Below are positions 1-7,759 of a DNA stretch of 64,000 nt, one piece after another. The stretch is taken from positions 34,184 through 98,183 of the IMG/VR virus record IMGVR_UViG_3300050821_008607. The stretch is one strand, 5' to 3'. Each line of letters opens with the position of its first letter. Position 1 is the stretch's first letter. The notes below the pieces were generated by a model. The model saw only the letters and a list, made by a program, of their open reading frames with translations, searched no databases and was not told where the DNA came from. A program made the translations under genes and the position numbers. This DNA is from a virus.

Positions 1-637
1 TGACCAGGGTCGAGCGCCTGGTCACCGTTCGGATGGCGTCGGCCCCTTTGTTGTCCAGCAACTGCTGGTAGGTGACGACGCATCCGACGTACCCGGCTTT
101 GTCGTAGTCGGCCTTGTCGGACACGGGCTTGAGCTGCAGCCCGGACTTGCCAGCGGCCACGGCCCACTGGCTGCGCAGGGCGTCGGTCGGGACAACGACG
201 ACTACCCGGTCGACGAGGCCCTGGCCCAGGAGGCCCTGAGCAATGCTGATCGCGTAGTGCGTCTTGCCGGCGCCCGGGGTGGCGCTGACGAGGAAGTCCG
301 TCTTGGTGTTGGCGTAGAACGCCTCGGTGGCGCGCTGCTGCCAGACGCGGAGACCGTCCGCCATGGTGGAGCCCTTCGTAAGGTTGCAAGAAGGGCAGAG
401 CGCCTGCCCGTTGGTCATGTCGGTGGGGCCGCCGGCCACGTAGGGGATCCTGTGGTCGGCGTGCCAGCCGCCGGCGAGGGGCGTACCGCAGTTGCGGCAG
501 TGGCCGTCCGCGTCGAGGTAGAGGGCTATTCGCTCGGTCGCGTTGAACCGGCGGCGCTGGGGGGATCCGGGCTGACCGGATGGCGAGACGCGCCTGTTCG
601 GTTCGAACGGGAACAGGCTAGGGTCGGGCTTGTCCAA
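1..637 (-). CDS. HNH endonuclease-SF2 (DEAD/DEAH-like) helicase fusion, runs off left edge
   Basis: Not in the ORF track. Manual translation: CRNC...WHADHRIPYVAGGPTDMTNGQALCPSCNLTKG continues in frame into MADGLRVWQQRA...DFLVSATPGAGKT (Walker A), VVVVPTDALRSQW and VVTYQQL. Probable TTG start at 637 after GAAGGA; internal ATG at 364. Confidence 0.8.
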   Translation of the reverse strand, partial: MDKPDPSLFPFEPNRRVSPSGQPGSPQRRRFNATERIALYLDADGHCRNCGTPLAGGWHADHRIPYVAGGPTDMTNGQALCPSCNLTKGSTMADGLRVWQQRATEAFYANTKTDFLVSATPGAGKTHYAISIAQGLLGQGLVDRVVVVVPTDALRSQWAVAAGKSGLQLKPVSDKADYDKAGYVGCVVTYQQLLDNKGADAIRTVTRRSTLV

Positions 638-865
638 GGATGTGCATCCTTCGGGCCATGCCTCCGGCGGACGGGAATCCGCGCGGGGGCGTCGCATTGC
701 CGACCGTCAGACAGGCGGTCGATGTGAAAATCCTACGCCTACAGTCGGTCACTTTGTTACCAGCAGACGCAGCGTCAGCAACAAGGTCGCGCAGGCGAAT
801 CCGCACCGTAGGGGCACCACTGGCCAGGGTGACACCCAAATCCCTTGCTGACACTGCGTGAACGC

Positions 866-906
866 AAAACAGCGCCCCCGCCCGGCCGAAGCCAGACGGG
901 GGCGCT
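866..906 (-). terminator. intrinsic terminator ending the late/lysis operon
   Basis: AGCGCCCCCG...CGGGGGCGCT stem followed by GTTTT on the minus strand. Confidence 0.75.
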
Positions 907-1030
907 CAGTGGTCGGGGCAACAGGGTCCAGCTTCCGGGCTGCTGGCGCCCGCCGGTGCGCCGCCGTGGCGGTCGGACCGGTCCATCCCTCCCCTGGACG
1001 TCGCCCCTGATGGGAAGTCTCGGGAACAGG

Positions 1031-1879
1031 CTACTTCCCGGCGACCAGGGACTCGTACTGCGCCTTCGAGATCGTCACCGGACCCGTCACGCCAGCAGCC
1101 TTGAACGCCGCCAGGTCCGCCTCCGTCGCGATGTGCGACAGCCTGCCGTCCGCGAGCAGGAAGTCGCCCGGCCAGTTCGGGTCCGGCATCTCCTTGCGGT
1201 TCACACTGACGATGATCATGTCGATCTCCTTCGGGACAACCGGCACAGGAACCGGCGTAGGAACAGGCTTCGGGGTCGGGGCAGGCGGGGGCTTCGGCTG
1301 GAACGACAGCGCCCAGTCCCGCAGCGCCGCCGTGCTGGGCAGATGGCAGAAGTCGCGGTCCACCGACGCCGCCGAGTACTGGTGGAACAGCCACGGCGCG
1401 GTGATCCCCGGCTGCCCGGCCGGAAGACCGGCGGTGGCGATCCACAGGAAGTCGCCGAAGTAGCCAGTCTTGTCGACGTTCCGCCAGTAGTCGACGTTGC
1501 AGTACATCCCCACCGGGTTGTGCGGCAGCTTGCCCTTGACGTACTGCAGGAACGCGTCCTTGTAGGCGGCCTGCTGGGACTTCGACACGCCCGCGTTCGC
1601 CGAGTCGTAGCCCTCCCAGTCCAGGCACACCAGGTCGCCCGGCTTCCACGCCACCTGCGAGAGGAAGTGATCCGCCTCCGCCGAGACGGAGTTGCCCATG
1701 TGCGGGTAGTGGTAGCCGCCCCACACCAGGCCGTTGGCCTTCGCGTGGTCCCGCTGCGACTGCCACTCCGGGTTCGTGTAACCCGTCCCCTCAGTGACCT
1801 TCACGAACGCGAACGACAAGCCCGTAGTGTCCGGGGTCGCCGACTGGTACGACGCCCAGTCCTGGCCGAAGATGCCCAT
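1031..1879 (-). CDS. endolysin, GH25 muramidase with Pro-rich linker and C-terminal domain
   Basis: GQDWASYQ...FAFVKVTEGTGYTNP, GGYHY, LDWE, LWIA and WLFHQYS motifs; last gene of the lysis cassette. Confidence 0.9.
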   Translation of the reverse strand: MGIFGQDWASYQSATPDTTGLSFAFVKVTEGTGYTNPEWQSQRDHAKANGLVWGGYHYPHMGNSVSAEADHFLSQVAWKPGDLVCLDWEGYDSANAGVSKSQQAAYKDAFLQYVKGKLPHNPVGMYCNVDYWRNVDKTGYFGDFLWIATAGLPAGQPGITAPWLFHQYSAASVDRDFCHLPSTAALRDWALSFQPKPPPAPTPKPVPTPVPVPVVPKEIDMIIVSVNRKEMPDPNWPGDFLLADGRLSHIATEADLAAFKAAGVTGPVTISKAQYESLVAGK

Positions 1880-1888
1880 CCGAACCTC

Positions 1889-2335
1889 CTAGGTGATCAG
1901 GCCGGGGACGTACAACTGCGCCGTCCAGTCCGCGTGTGACGCCGTGTGCGCCCCGCCGTGCCCACGGTGATGAAACGGGCACAACCAGCGGAACTCCCCA
2001 GGAGACGACTCTAGCCAGGCCGCGATCTCCTCGGCGGTCGCGTGCTCGCTGATCTCCGGGAAGTCCTTGTGCAGGGCGTGCGGATCGGCGGCGTTGGCCG
2101 TCGCGAACTCCAGCACGGCATGGTGGAGTTCCAGCGGGCCGACAGCGCAGTGCTCGGCGCCGACGCGCTCACCGACGTAGCAGACCGCCCCGGCGAGGTG
2201 GTGCCGCCGGAAGGCGTTGAACGCCCCGTAGTGTGGATCATGGGCCCGGGGGGCGTGGTCCGGGAAATGCATGACGTACCGGTGCGTCTCCGACTGCGGA
2301 TGCGCAGCGACGACATCGGGCTCGGGTGTGCTCAT
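1889..2335 (-). CDS. His/Cys-rich HNH-like hypothetical protein
   Basis: C...C..LELHH...LCPFHHRGHGGAH pattern; RBS GGAGA. Confidence 0.55.
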   Translation of the reverse strand: MSTPEPDVVAAHPQSETHRYVMHFPDHAPRAHDPHYGAFNAFRRHHLAGAVCYVGERVGAEHCAVGPLELHHAVLEFATANAADPHALHKDFPEISEHATAEEIAAWLESSPGEFRWLCPFHHRGHGGAHTASHADWTAQLYVPGLIT

Positions 2336-2360
2336 GAGGGTCTCCGGGGGTGGGCGGCAG

Positions 2361-2386
2361 AAAGCCCCGGCCAGCAGGCACGGGGC
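2361..2386 (-). terminator. putative intrinsic terminator
   Basis: GCCCCG-loop-CGGGGC then TTTC on the minus strand. Confidence 0.5.
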
Positions 2387-2401
2387 GAGAGGTGGGGTGG
2401 G

Positions 2402-2749
2402 TCAGCGGCTCTGGTGTCGGTCTTCCGGCCACGCTCCATGCAGATGGAGAGCGTGGATCTCGCCGACCTGGGCGACGACCGCGGCCATCTCCTCGCGGTG
2501 CGCCGCCAACTCCGAGGCGTGCGCCTCCTGGCGGCCGACCAGCTCGCGGTGCGCGGCCATCCGCTCGTCGTGCTGCCGGTCCTGCCGGTGACGCGTCAGC
2601 AGATGGGAGGCGATCAGGCCCGGGGTGATGATGATGAACTGGGCCTCCACATTGCCCTGCACCTCGGCCAGGCGCGCCACCAGCAGGTACACGTCGTACG
2701 CCAGCAGCAGGGCCAGCACCGGCAGCCAGCGGAGCAGAGTGCGCCTCAC
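2402..2749 (-). CDS. membrane protein, holin candidate
   Basis: two hydrophobic segments plus charged tail; GTGA coupling to upstream gene. Confidence 0.6.
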   Translation of the reverse strand: MRRTLLRWLPVLALLLAYDVYLLVARLAEVQGNVEAQFIIITPGLIASHLLTRHRQDRQHDERMAAHRELVGRQEAHASELAAHREEMAAVVAQVGEIHALHLHGAWPEDRHQSR

Positions 2750-3015
2750 GACGCCTCCCGGTGCGCGGCATGCGCCCGCTCGACCGTCAACGGCCCATCG
2801 GGATGGTGACGCCGGCACAGCACAGCACCCGCCGCGGTCTGATGCCGACCCAAGCGCGGGCAGCGCACGATCTCGCAGTTGTGGCGCCGGTAGATACTCA
2901 CCAGGCCGCCGACGATCGCCAGCTCACCCAGATCCGCACCAGCGCCCGACCACCACAGGTAGGCCCGGCCCGACGCGTCATCCAGGCCCAGGACGTGCAG
3001 CAGGACATGCATCAC
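2746..3015 (-). CDS. small membrane protein with C/H-rich tail
   Basis: MHVLLHVLGLDD...YLWWSG...IVGGLV..HNC...C..LCRRHH; coupled on both sides. Confidence 0.6.
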   Translation of the reverse strand: MMHVLLHVLGLDDASGRAYLWWSGAGADLGELAIVGGLVSIYRRHNCEIVRCPRLGRHQTAAGAVLCRRHHPDGPLTVERAHAAHREAS

Positions 3016-3773
3016 GGCCTCCCCGGACCCGTCGACACTGCGGTACCCGAACGGTGCACCACGGAGGTCTTCGGCGTCGTCGCGGACTGCGACGGGCTGG
3101 GGCCGGGCGTCGGCGACGGGCCCGTACCTGACTGCGCCGTGCAGACGTAGTGCGTTGAACCCGCCGAGTCCGGGACGCAGTTGTAGACCGTGCCGTCGGA
3201 CGCCGTCCATGTCCAACCCGACGGCGCCGGGCCAGTGGCCCCCGCCGGCCCGGACGGACCGCCGCCGCCCTGGGGGCCTGCGGGCCCTGGACTTCCAGCA
3301 GGACCAGCCGCTCCCGTCGCACCGGCCGGCCCAGGGACCGTCGAGTCCGCCCCTGGCGCGCCTCGGGCACCCACCGGACCGGGCGGACCGGTCGGCCCTG
3401 GGCTGGGGTGCACCATCGTCGCGACCAACGCGGCAATCGCCTGAGGGTCGGGCGAGACGCCGTCCTTGCCCGCAGGCCCCTGCGGGCCGACGATGCTCTG
3501 ACCAGCCGCGCCCGTCGCACCCGGCACGCCTTGCACGATTGTCGTCGCAGGCGGGGCTTTCGGTGTCACGCCATGCTGCTGCAACTGGGTGCGTGTCGTA
3601 TCCAGGGCTGCGCCGAGCTTCGTCGTCGCCGTCTGCTGCGCGTTCAGGCTCGCCTGCAGGGCCAGCTGTCGATCCACGATGTACGCGCAGCCCAACAGGA
3701 ACAGCGCCACCACGACAGCCCACAGCAGAGACTCAGGCCGGCGCCGGCGTTGCGCGGGGACTGGAGCAGTCAC
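3012..3773 (-). CDS. membrane-anchored collagen-like protein (lysis cassette)
   Basis: N-terminal TM helix, coiled coil, long G-X-Y repeats, C-terminal Cys pair. Confidence 0.8.
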   Translation of the reverse strand: MTAPVPAQRRRRPESLLWAVVVALFLLGCAYIVDRQLALQASLNAQQTATTKLGAALDTTRTQLQQHGVTPKAPPATTIVQGVPGATGAAGQSIVGPQGPAGKDGVSPDPQAIAALVATMVHPSPGPTGPPGPVGARGAPGADSTVPGPAGATGAAGPAGSPGPAGPQGGGGPSGPAGATGPAPSGWTWTASDGTVYNCVPDSAGSTHYVCTAQSGTGPSPTPGPSPSQSATTPKTSVVHRSGTAVSTGPGRP

Positions 3774-4162
3774 TTCGCCCCCTTGGAGGTTGCCCACACC
3801 GTCACTAGCACGCCCAGGAACGTCGCCGCCAGCGTCAGCAGCGCGACCCACTTCGTGAACGTCATCGTGGGCCGGGTCGCGTTCACCGTCTCCAGCGCCA
3901 TGATCCGCCCCAGTGCAGGGTTGATCACGTCTTCGCGCATCTTCCGCTCGCCCTCGACGCGGTCTCGCTCCAGGCGCCGCGCCAGCTCCGAGGTCGCCCG
4001 CTGGTCCGCCTGGTACACGTCCATCTGCACCGATTCGGCAGCGACGCGGGTGATTCGCTCGTCCAGGGCCCGATGCTGCTCCGCGCTCTCGCGCCGGTGT
4101 TCCTGCAGGCCGCGCTGCACTTCTCCGAGAGTGAAATCATCCGGCAAAGTCGCCCCCTTCAT
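3770..4162 (-). CDS. coiled-coil protein with C-terminal TM helix (holin-like)
   Basis: charged coiled coil then WVALLTLAATFLGVLVTVW. Confidence 0.65.
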   Translation of the reverse strand: MKGATLPDDFTLGEVQRGLQEHRRESAEQHRALDERITRVAAESVQMDVYQADQRATSELARRLERDRVEGERKMREDVINPALGRIMALETVNATRPTMTFTKWVALLTLAATFLGVLVTVWATSKGAK

Positions 4163-4186
4163 GCGGACAGCAGTGGGGCAGAGCGG

Positions 4187-6508
4187 TCAGAGGAGCTGGG
4201 TGACGCCGAGCGGCGGCCACGGTGCACCCGTCGTCGGATAGTCCACGACCGCCGCCGAACTGAACGACCCGACGCACTCCGGCGACAGCACCAGCACCAC
4301 ATCCGAGCAGTACAGGAGGTTCGTAGCCCCCGGCGAACTGTTCTCCGTCGGCAGCACCTGCCCGAACGCCGCCGTGGCTGGCGCCTCGGCGTATGCCTGG
4401 ACGTGGGTCCACACGCCGGTCGACAGGTTCACGGTCGCGCCACCCGTCGTGGAGAGGTAGCCGCCGTTGCGGTCGAACCAGTTGACGTTCAGGGAGAAGT
4501 TCGCCCACCCGGTCGGCGAGTAGAACCAGCCGTCAGCCAGGTACCACTGCGAGGCGCCGTAGAACGGGCCGCCGCCCTGCCGGATCGGGATCTGCTCGCT
4601 AGCGGCGAAAGCCTGGGTGAAGCCGCCCGTCGGCGTCAGCAGGCCCGAGAACGCGAACCCGCCGTGGGTCTGCGCGCTGGACCGGGTGAGCGTGCCGTTC
4701 GTCGCCGTCCACGGCGAGGTCGTGGTCGCGAACGTCGGGTTGGCGTTCAGCGGATTGTTCGGCATCAGCGTCGTCTCGGTGTGCCCGAGCAGCAGGCCGG
4801 TGGTCGACGCGTACTCCATCGTCGTCCACCGCTGGTTGACGTTGTACGGGCCCACGTCGTCCACGAGGTGCCGCACGTTCGGGTTCACCGACACGTTGTT
4901 GTACACCGCCATCGGGACCGAGTAGCCGCCGATCGTCGACCACGTGCCGCTGTGCCGAACGCTGTTCTTCGCCGAGTTGGGGAGAGCAGAGTCCAACAGC
5001 CCCCACGCCAGGTAGTCCACGGCGCTCGCCTGCTGGTTCTGCTGCAGCACCACGTGGTACGTGTTGCCGTTCGTCAACCCGGTGGCGTTCAGCGGCACCG
5101 ACAGCAGCGGCACCGACAGTAACGTCGACGACTCCGTCTGCGGCGGCAGGGCGTTCAAGTCCACGGCAACGACGTCGTAGGAGCCCGCGCCGAGGCCGAA
5201 CGCGAACACGGGGAAGAACCTGGTGCCGTTCCAGTTCGACGACACCCAGTTGTCGCCCGGGCCGTCCGCGGTGACGCTCAGTACTGTGACGCTGCTCAGC
5301 GACGAGCCGCCGGTGGTCGCGCCGCCGATGATGACGAGCAGGTCATCCGCTACCGCCAGGTCGAAGCCCGGTCCGAACGCCTGATTGGGCGACGGCAGGG
5401 CAGGCCCGGTCTGCCACGGCCCCAGAGAGCCGTCCGTGTTGATGGCGGCGTAGTAGACGGTGCCGACCACCGCGAGGCTGTTGTTGAGGCCGCCGATCAC
5501 GAACAGGAAGCCGTTGATGGCGGTGACCATCGGATTGCTGAGCGCCACTGGCAGCGACGGTCCGCTGGTCCACGTGTTGATCTGGCCGTTGACGACAGGC
5601 GAGTAGTAGACCGTGGCGAGGTTGGTGGAGCCGTTGGTGCCGCCGAGGTAGTAGACGAAGCCGTTGTAGCCCGCGGCACCGCCGAACTGGCTCGTGCCGG
5701 GCAGGGCGGTCTGGGCGCTCCAGCTGCCGACGATGCCGTTGTTGGCATCCCAACTCGCCGTCCATACGGTCGCCACGGGCGTGCTGCCGGTGGCGCCGAT
5801 GCCGCCGCCCATGACCACGAGCGTGCCGCCCGCGACGGCGATGGCGGGCCCGTTGTTGCCGACCGGCAGTGACGGCTGCGGCACCGGTGGTGCCAGAGTG
5901 CCGCTGCCGACGTACTGGAAGGTATTGACGGACGGCGACGCGGTAGCGGACGGTGGCTGGCCGCCACCGACCGAGATGATGAAATTCCCCGACACTGTGA
6001 ACGACGACAGCACCGACACGCCGCCAGCGCCGGCCGTCGGCACCGGGTACGGGTTGGTGGTGACGCCGTGGGTGAGGTACCCCGAGTTGTACTTCGCGGT
6101 CGCCAGCGGGCCGCCGCCGGTCAGTCCGCTCGGGGCGGCAAGCTGGCCGCTCAGCGCGGCCGGCAGCATCGTGGCCGCGAGAGCCCCGGCGGCAAGGTTG
6201 GGTGAGCCGCCACTGTCGGAGTACAGGGACACCAGCAGATCGGCGCCGTTCCCGACGGGCTTGACGGGGATCGTCACACGGCTGACGGCGGTACCGGACA
6301 GGACGAACGACTGCGCCAAGTCGAAGCCGTCGCCGTAGGTCACCCACGTGAAGTTGCCGTTGCCACCAGGCGTGAGTACCTGCGTGCCGTCGTAGATCGG
6401 CGTGATGCCGTGCGTGCCCAGGTGCTGGTTGATCTGCGCCGACGCGTTCGTGGCGTCCAGGTTCCCGGGCAGCCCGTTCTGCGCCGCGGACCATGCGGGT
6501 GTCGTCAC
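4187..6508 (-). CDS. tail fibre/receptor-binding protein with Kelch-like propeller and carbohydrate-binding-like domain
   Basis: repeated YYLGG/FVIGG/VIIGG...W..gpsLP Kelch repeats; NPLNANPTF..W CBM4-like C-terminus. Confidence 0.75.
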   Translation of the reverse strand: MTTPAWSAAQNGLPGNLDATNASAQINQHLGTHGITPIYDGTQVLTPGGNGNFTWVTYGDGFDLAQSFVLSGTAVSRVTIPVKPVGNGADLLVSLYSDSGGSPNLAAGALAATMLPAALSGQLAAPSGLTGGGPLATAKYNSGYLTHGVTTNPYPVPTAGAGGVSVLSSFTVSGNFIISVGGGQPPSATASPSVNTFQYVGSGTLAPPVPQPSLPVGNNGPAIAVAGGTLVVMGGGIGATGSTPVATVWTASWDANNGIVGSWSAQTALPGTSQFGGAAGYNGFVYYLGGTNGSTNLATVYYSPVVNGQINTWTSGPSLPVALSNPMVTAINGFLFVIGGLNNSLAVVGTVYYAAINTDGSLGPWQTGPALPSPNQAFGPGFDLAVADDLLVIIGGATTGGSSLSSVTVLSVTADGPGDNWVSSNWNGTRFFPVFAFGLGAGSYDVVAVDLNALPPQTESSTLLSVPLLSVPLNATGLTNGNTYHVVLQQNQQASAVDYLAWGLLDSALPNSAKNSVRHSGTWSTIGGYSVPMAVYNNVSVNPNVRHLVDDVGPYNVNQRWTTMEYASTTGLLLGHTETTLMPNNPLNANPTFATTTSPWTATNGTLTRSSAQTHGGFAFSGLLTPTGGFTQAFAASEQIPIRQGGGPFYGASQWYLADGWFYSPTGWANFSLNVNWFDRNGGYLSTTGGATVNLSTGVWTHVQAYAEAPATAAFGQVLPTENSSPGATNLLYCSDVVLVLSPECVGSFSSAAVVDYPTTGAPWPPLGVTQLL

Positions 6509-6517
6509 CGGGCCTCC

Positions 6518-6991
6518 TCAGGCATGGACCCACTGCACCGACAGCGAGGTGAGAAGACTGCTCGTCGTGGCCAGCGCCCCGCCGGAGGCCTGGTTGGCGA
6601 CCAGCTCGATGTAGTCCGTCGAACCGTTGAACTGCACCAGCCCGGTGACCTGCACGACCGTGTTGGCCACGGCGCCGGCGTTGGTCGTCGACGTCTGCGC
6701 CTGGTTCGTGGAACCGTTCTTGCTGATCTGCGCCACCCGGTAGCCGGTGGCGTTCGCCGCAAAGCTGACCGACCCGTTGATCTCGTACCAGCCGGCCACT
6801 TTGGGTGTGACCCTGGTCGGGTTTCCGGCGCCCCAGGCCGTGTAGTTGTCGAGGACCGGGGTGGACCAGATGATCGCCGTCGAGGTGGTGGAGGCGAGGC
6901 TCTGCGACGCGGGGGTGTTGAGGACCGTCACCGGCGCATTGCGCAGGAACTGGCCGCCGGCGGCATTCAGGATCTCAAGGCTCGATGCCAT
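6518..6991 (-). CDS. minor tail protein (C1q-like beta sandwich)
   Basis: TRVTPKVAGWYEINGSVSF and DYIELVANQ motifs. Confidence 0.65.
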   Translation of the reverse strand: MASSLEILNAAGGQFLRNAPVTVLNTPASQSLASTTSTAIIWSTPVLDNYTAWGAGNPTRVTPKVAGWYEINGSVSFAANATGYRVAQISKNGSTNQAQTSTTNAGAVANTVVQVTGLVQFNGSTDYIELVANQASGGALATTSSLLTSLSVQWVHA

Positions 6992-7759
6992 CTACGCCAC
7001 CTTCGTCAGCAGGCCGGAGGAGTAGGTGAAGGCCCGGTACGACTGGACGTAGGCGTTGGCGCCCTGAGCGGCCGTGTACTCGGCATAGGAGGCGTACTGG
7101 TTGATCGCCGCCGCGGTGGTGTACGTGGAGGCGGTCCACCGCGCCCCCGAGTCCTCCCACGTGGCCGTCAGCAGGCCGGAGGCGGCCTGGTCGAAGACCT
7201 GATACCGGAACCCGTAGGTCTGCGCCGTCCAGGTGGTGCCGTCTGGCGAGGTTGACGCGCCACTCGCCGACGCGGACCGGAACCAGGTGTAGGCCCCGGT
7301 GCTCGCGGTCGATGCCAGGACGAGCCAGTACGTCGTTGCCGCCGTCAGGCCCGTCACAGGCAGCGGGTACACGGTGAAGGTGTTGGTGTTGCCGTTCGCC
7401 GTGGACAGGTACGCGTATTCGGCGGTCAGCGTGACGCTGCTCAGTGATGCGCCGGATGGGGCGCTGCCGCTGTTGGCGTACAGGCTCAGCGTCGTCGGCG
7501 TCAGCGACGTACCCGATGTCATCGTGGTGCTGATCGGGGCCAGCACGTAGCCGACCGCCGTTTGGCCGGCCCCCGTGGTGAACGACTGGGCCAGGTACAG
7601 GCCGTTGCTGCTCGTCGTCGCAGCCCCTGAGGTGACGACAGAAGCCTGACTCGTCGCCGCATACAGGTAGGTGGTCGGGTGCGTGGTCAGGAACTGGTTG
7701 ACCTGCTGGGCCAGCGGGGACTGCCCCGGGGCGGCCCCGAGCCAGTTACTGGAGGCCAT
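6992..7759 (-). CDS. minor tail protein (paralogue of 10502-11254)
   Basis: true start MASSNW at 7759 overlaps the upstream TGA; QVNQFL..H..T..Y and AQSFTTG motifs. Confidence 0.7.
   Translation of the reverse strand: MASSNWLGAAPGQSPLAQQVNQFLTTHPTTYLYAATSQASVVTSGAATTSSNGLYLAQSFTTGAGQTAVGYVLAPISTTMTSGTSLTPTTLSLYANSGSAPSGASLSSVTLTAEYAYLSTANGNTNTFTVYPLPVTGLTAATTYWLVLASTASTGAYTWFRSASASGASTSPDGTTWTAQTYGFRYQVFDQAASGLLTATWEDSGARWTASTYTTAAAINQYASYAEYTAAQGANAYVQSYRAFTYSSGLLTKVA

Noticed and set aside
640-860. Prophage attachment site or boundary
   Set aside because: No direct repeat partner, tRNA end or integrase is visible in the window
906-986. 26-aa ORF (MDRSDRH...CCPDH) after the endolysin
   Set aside because: Too short, with no motif; cannot be supported
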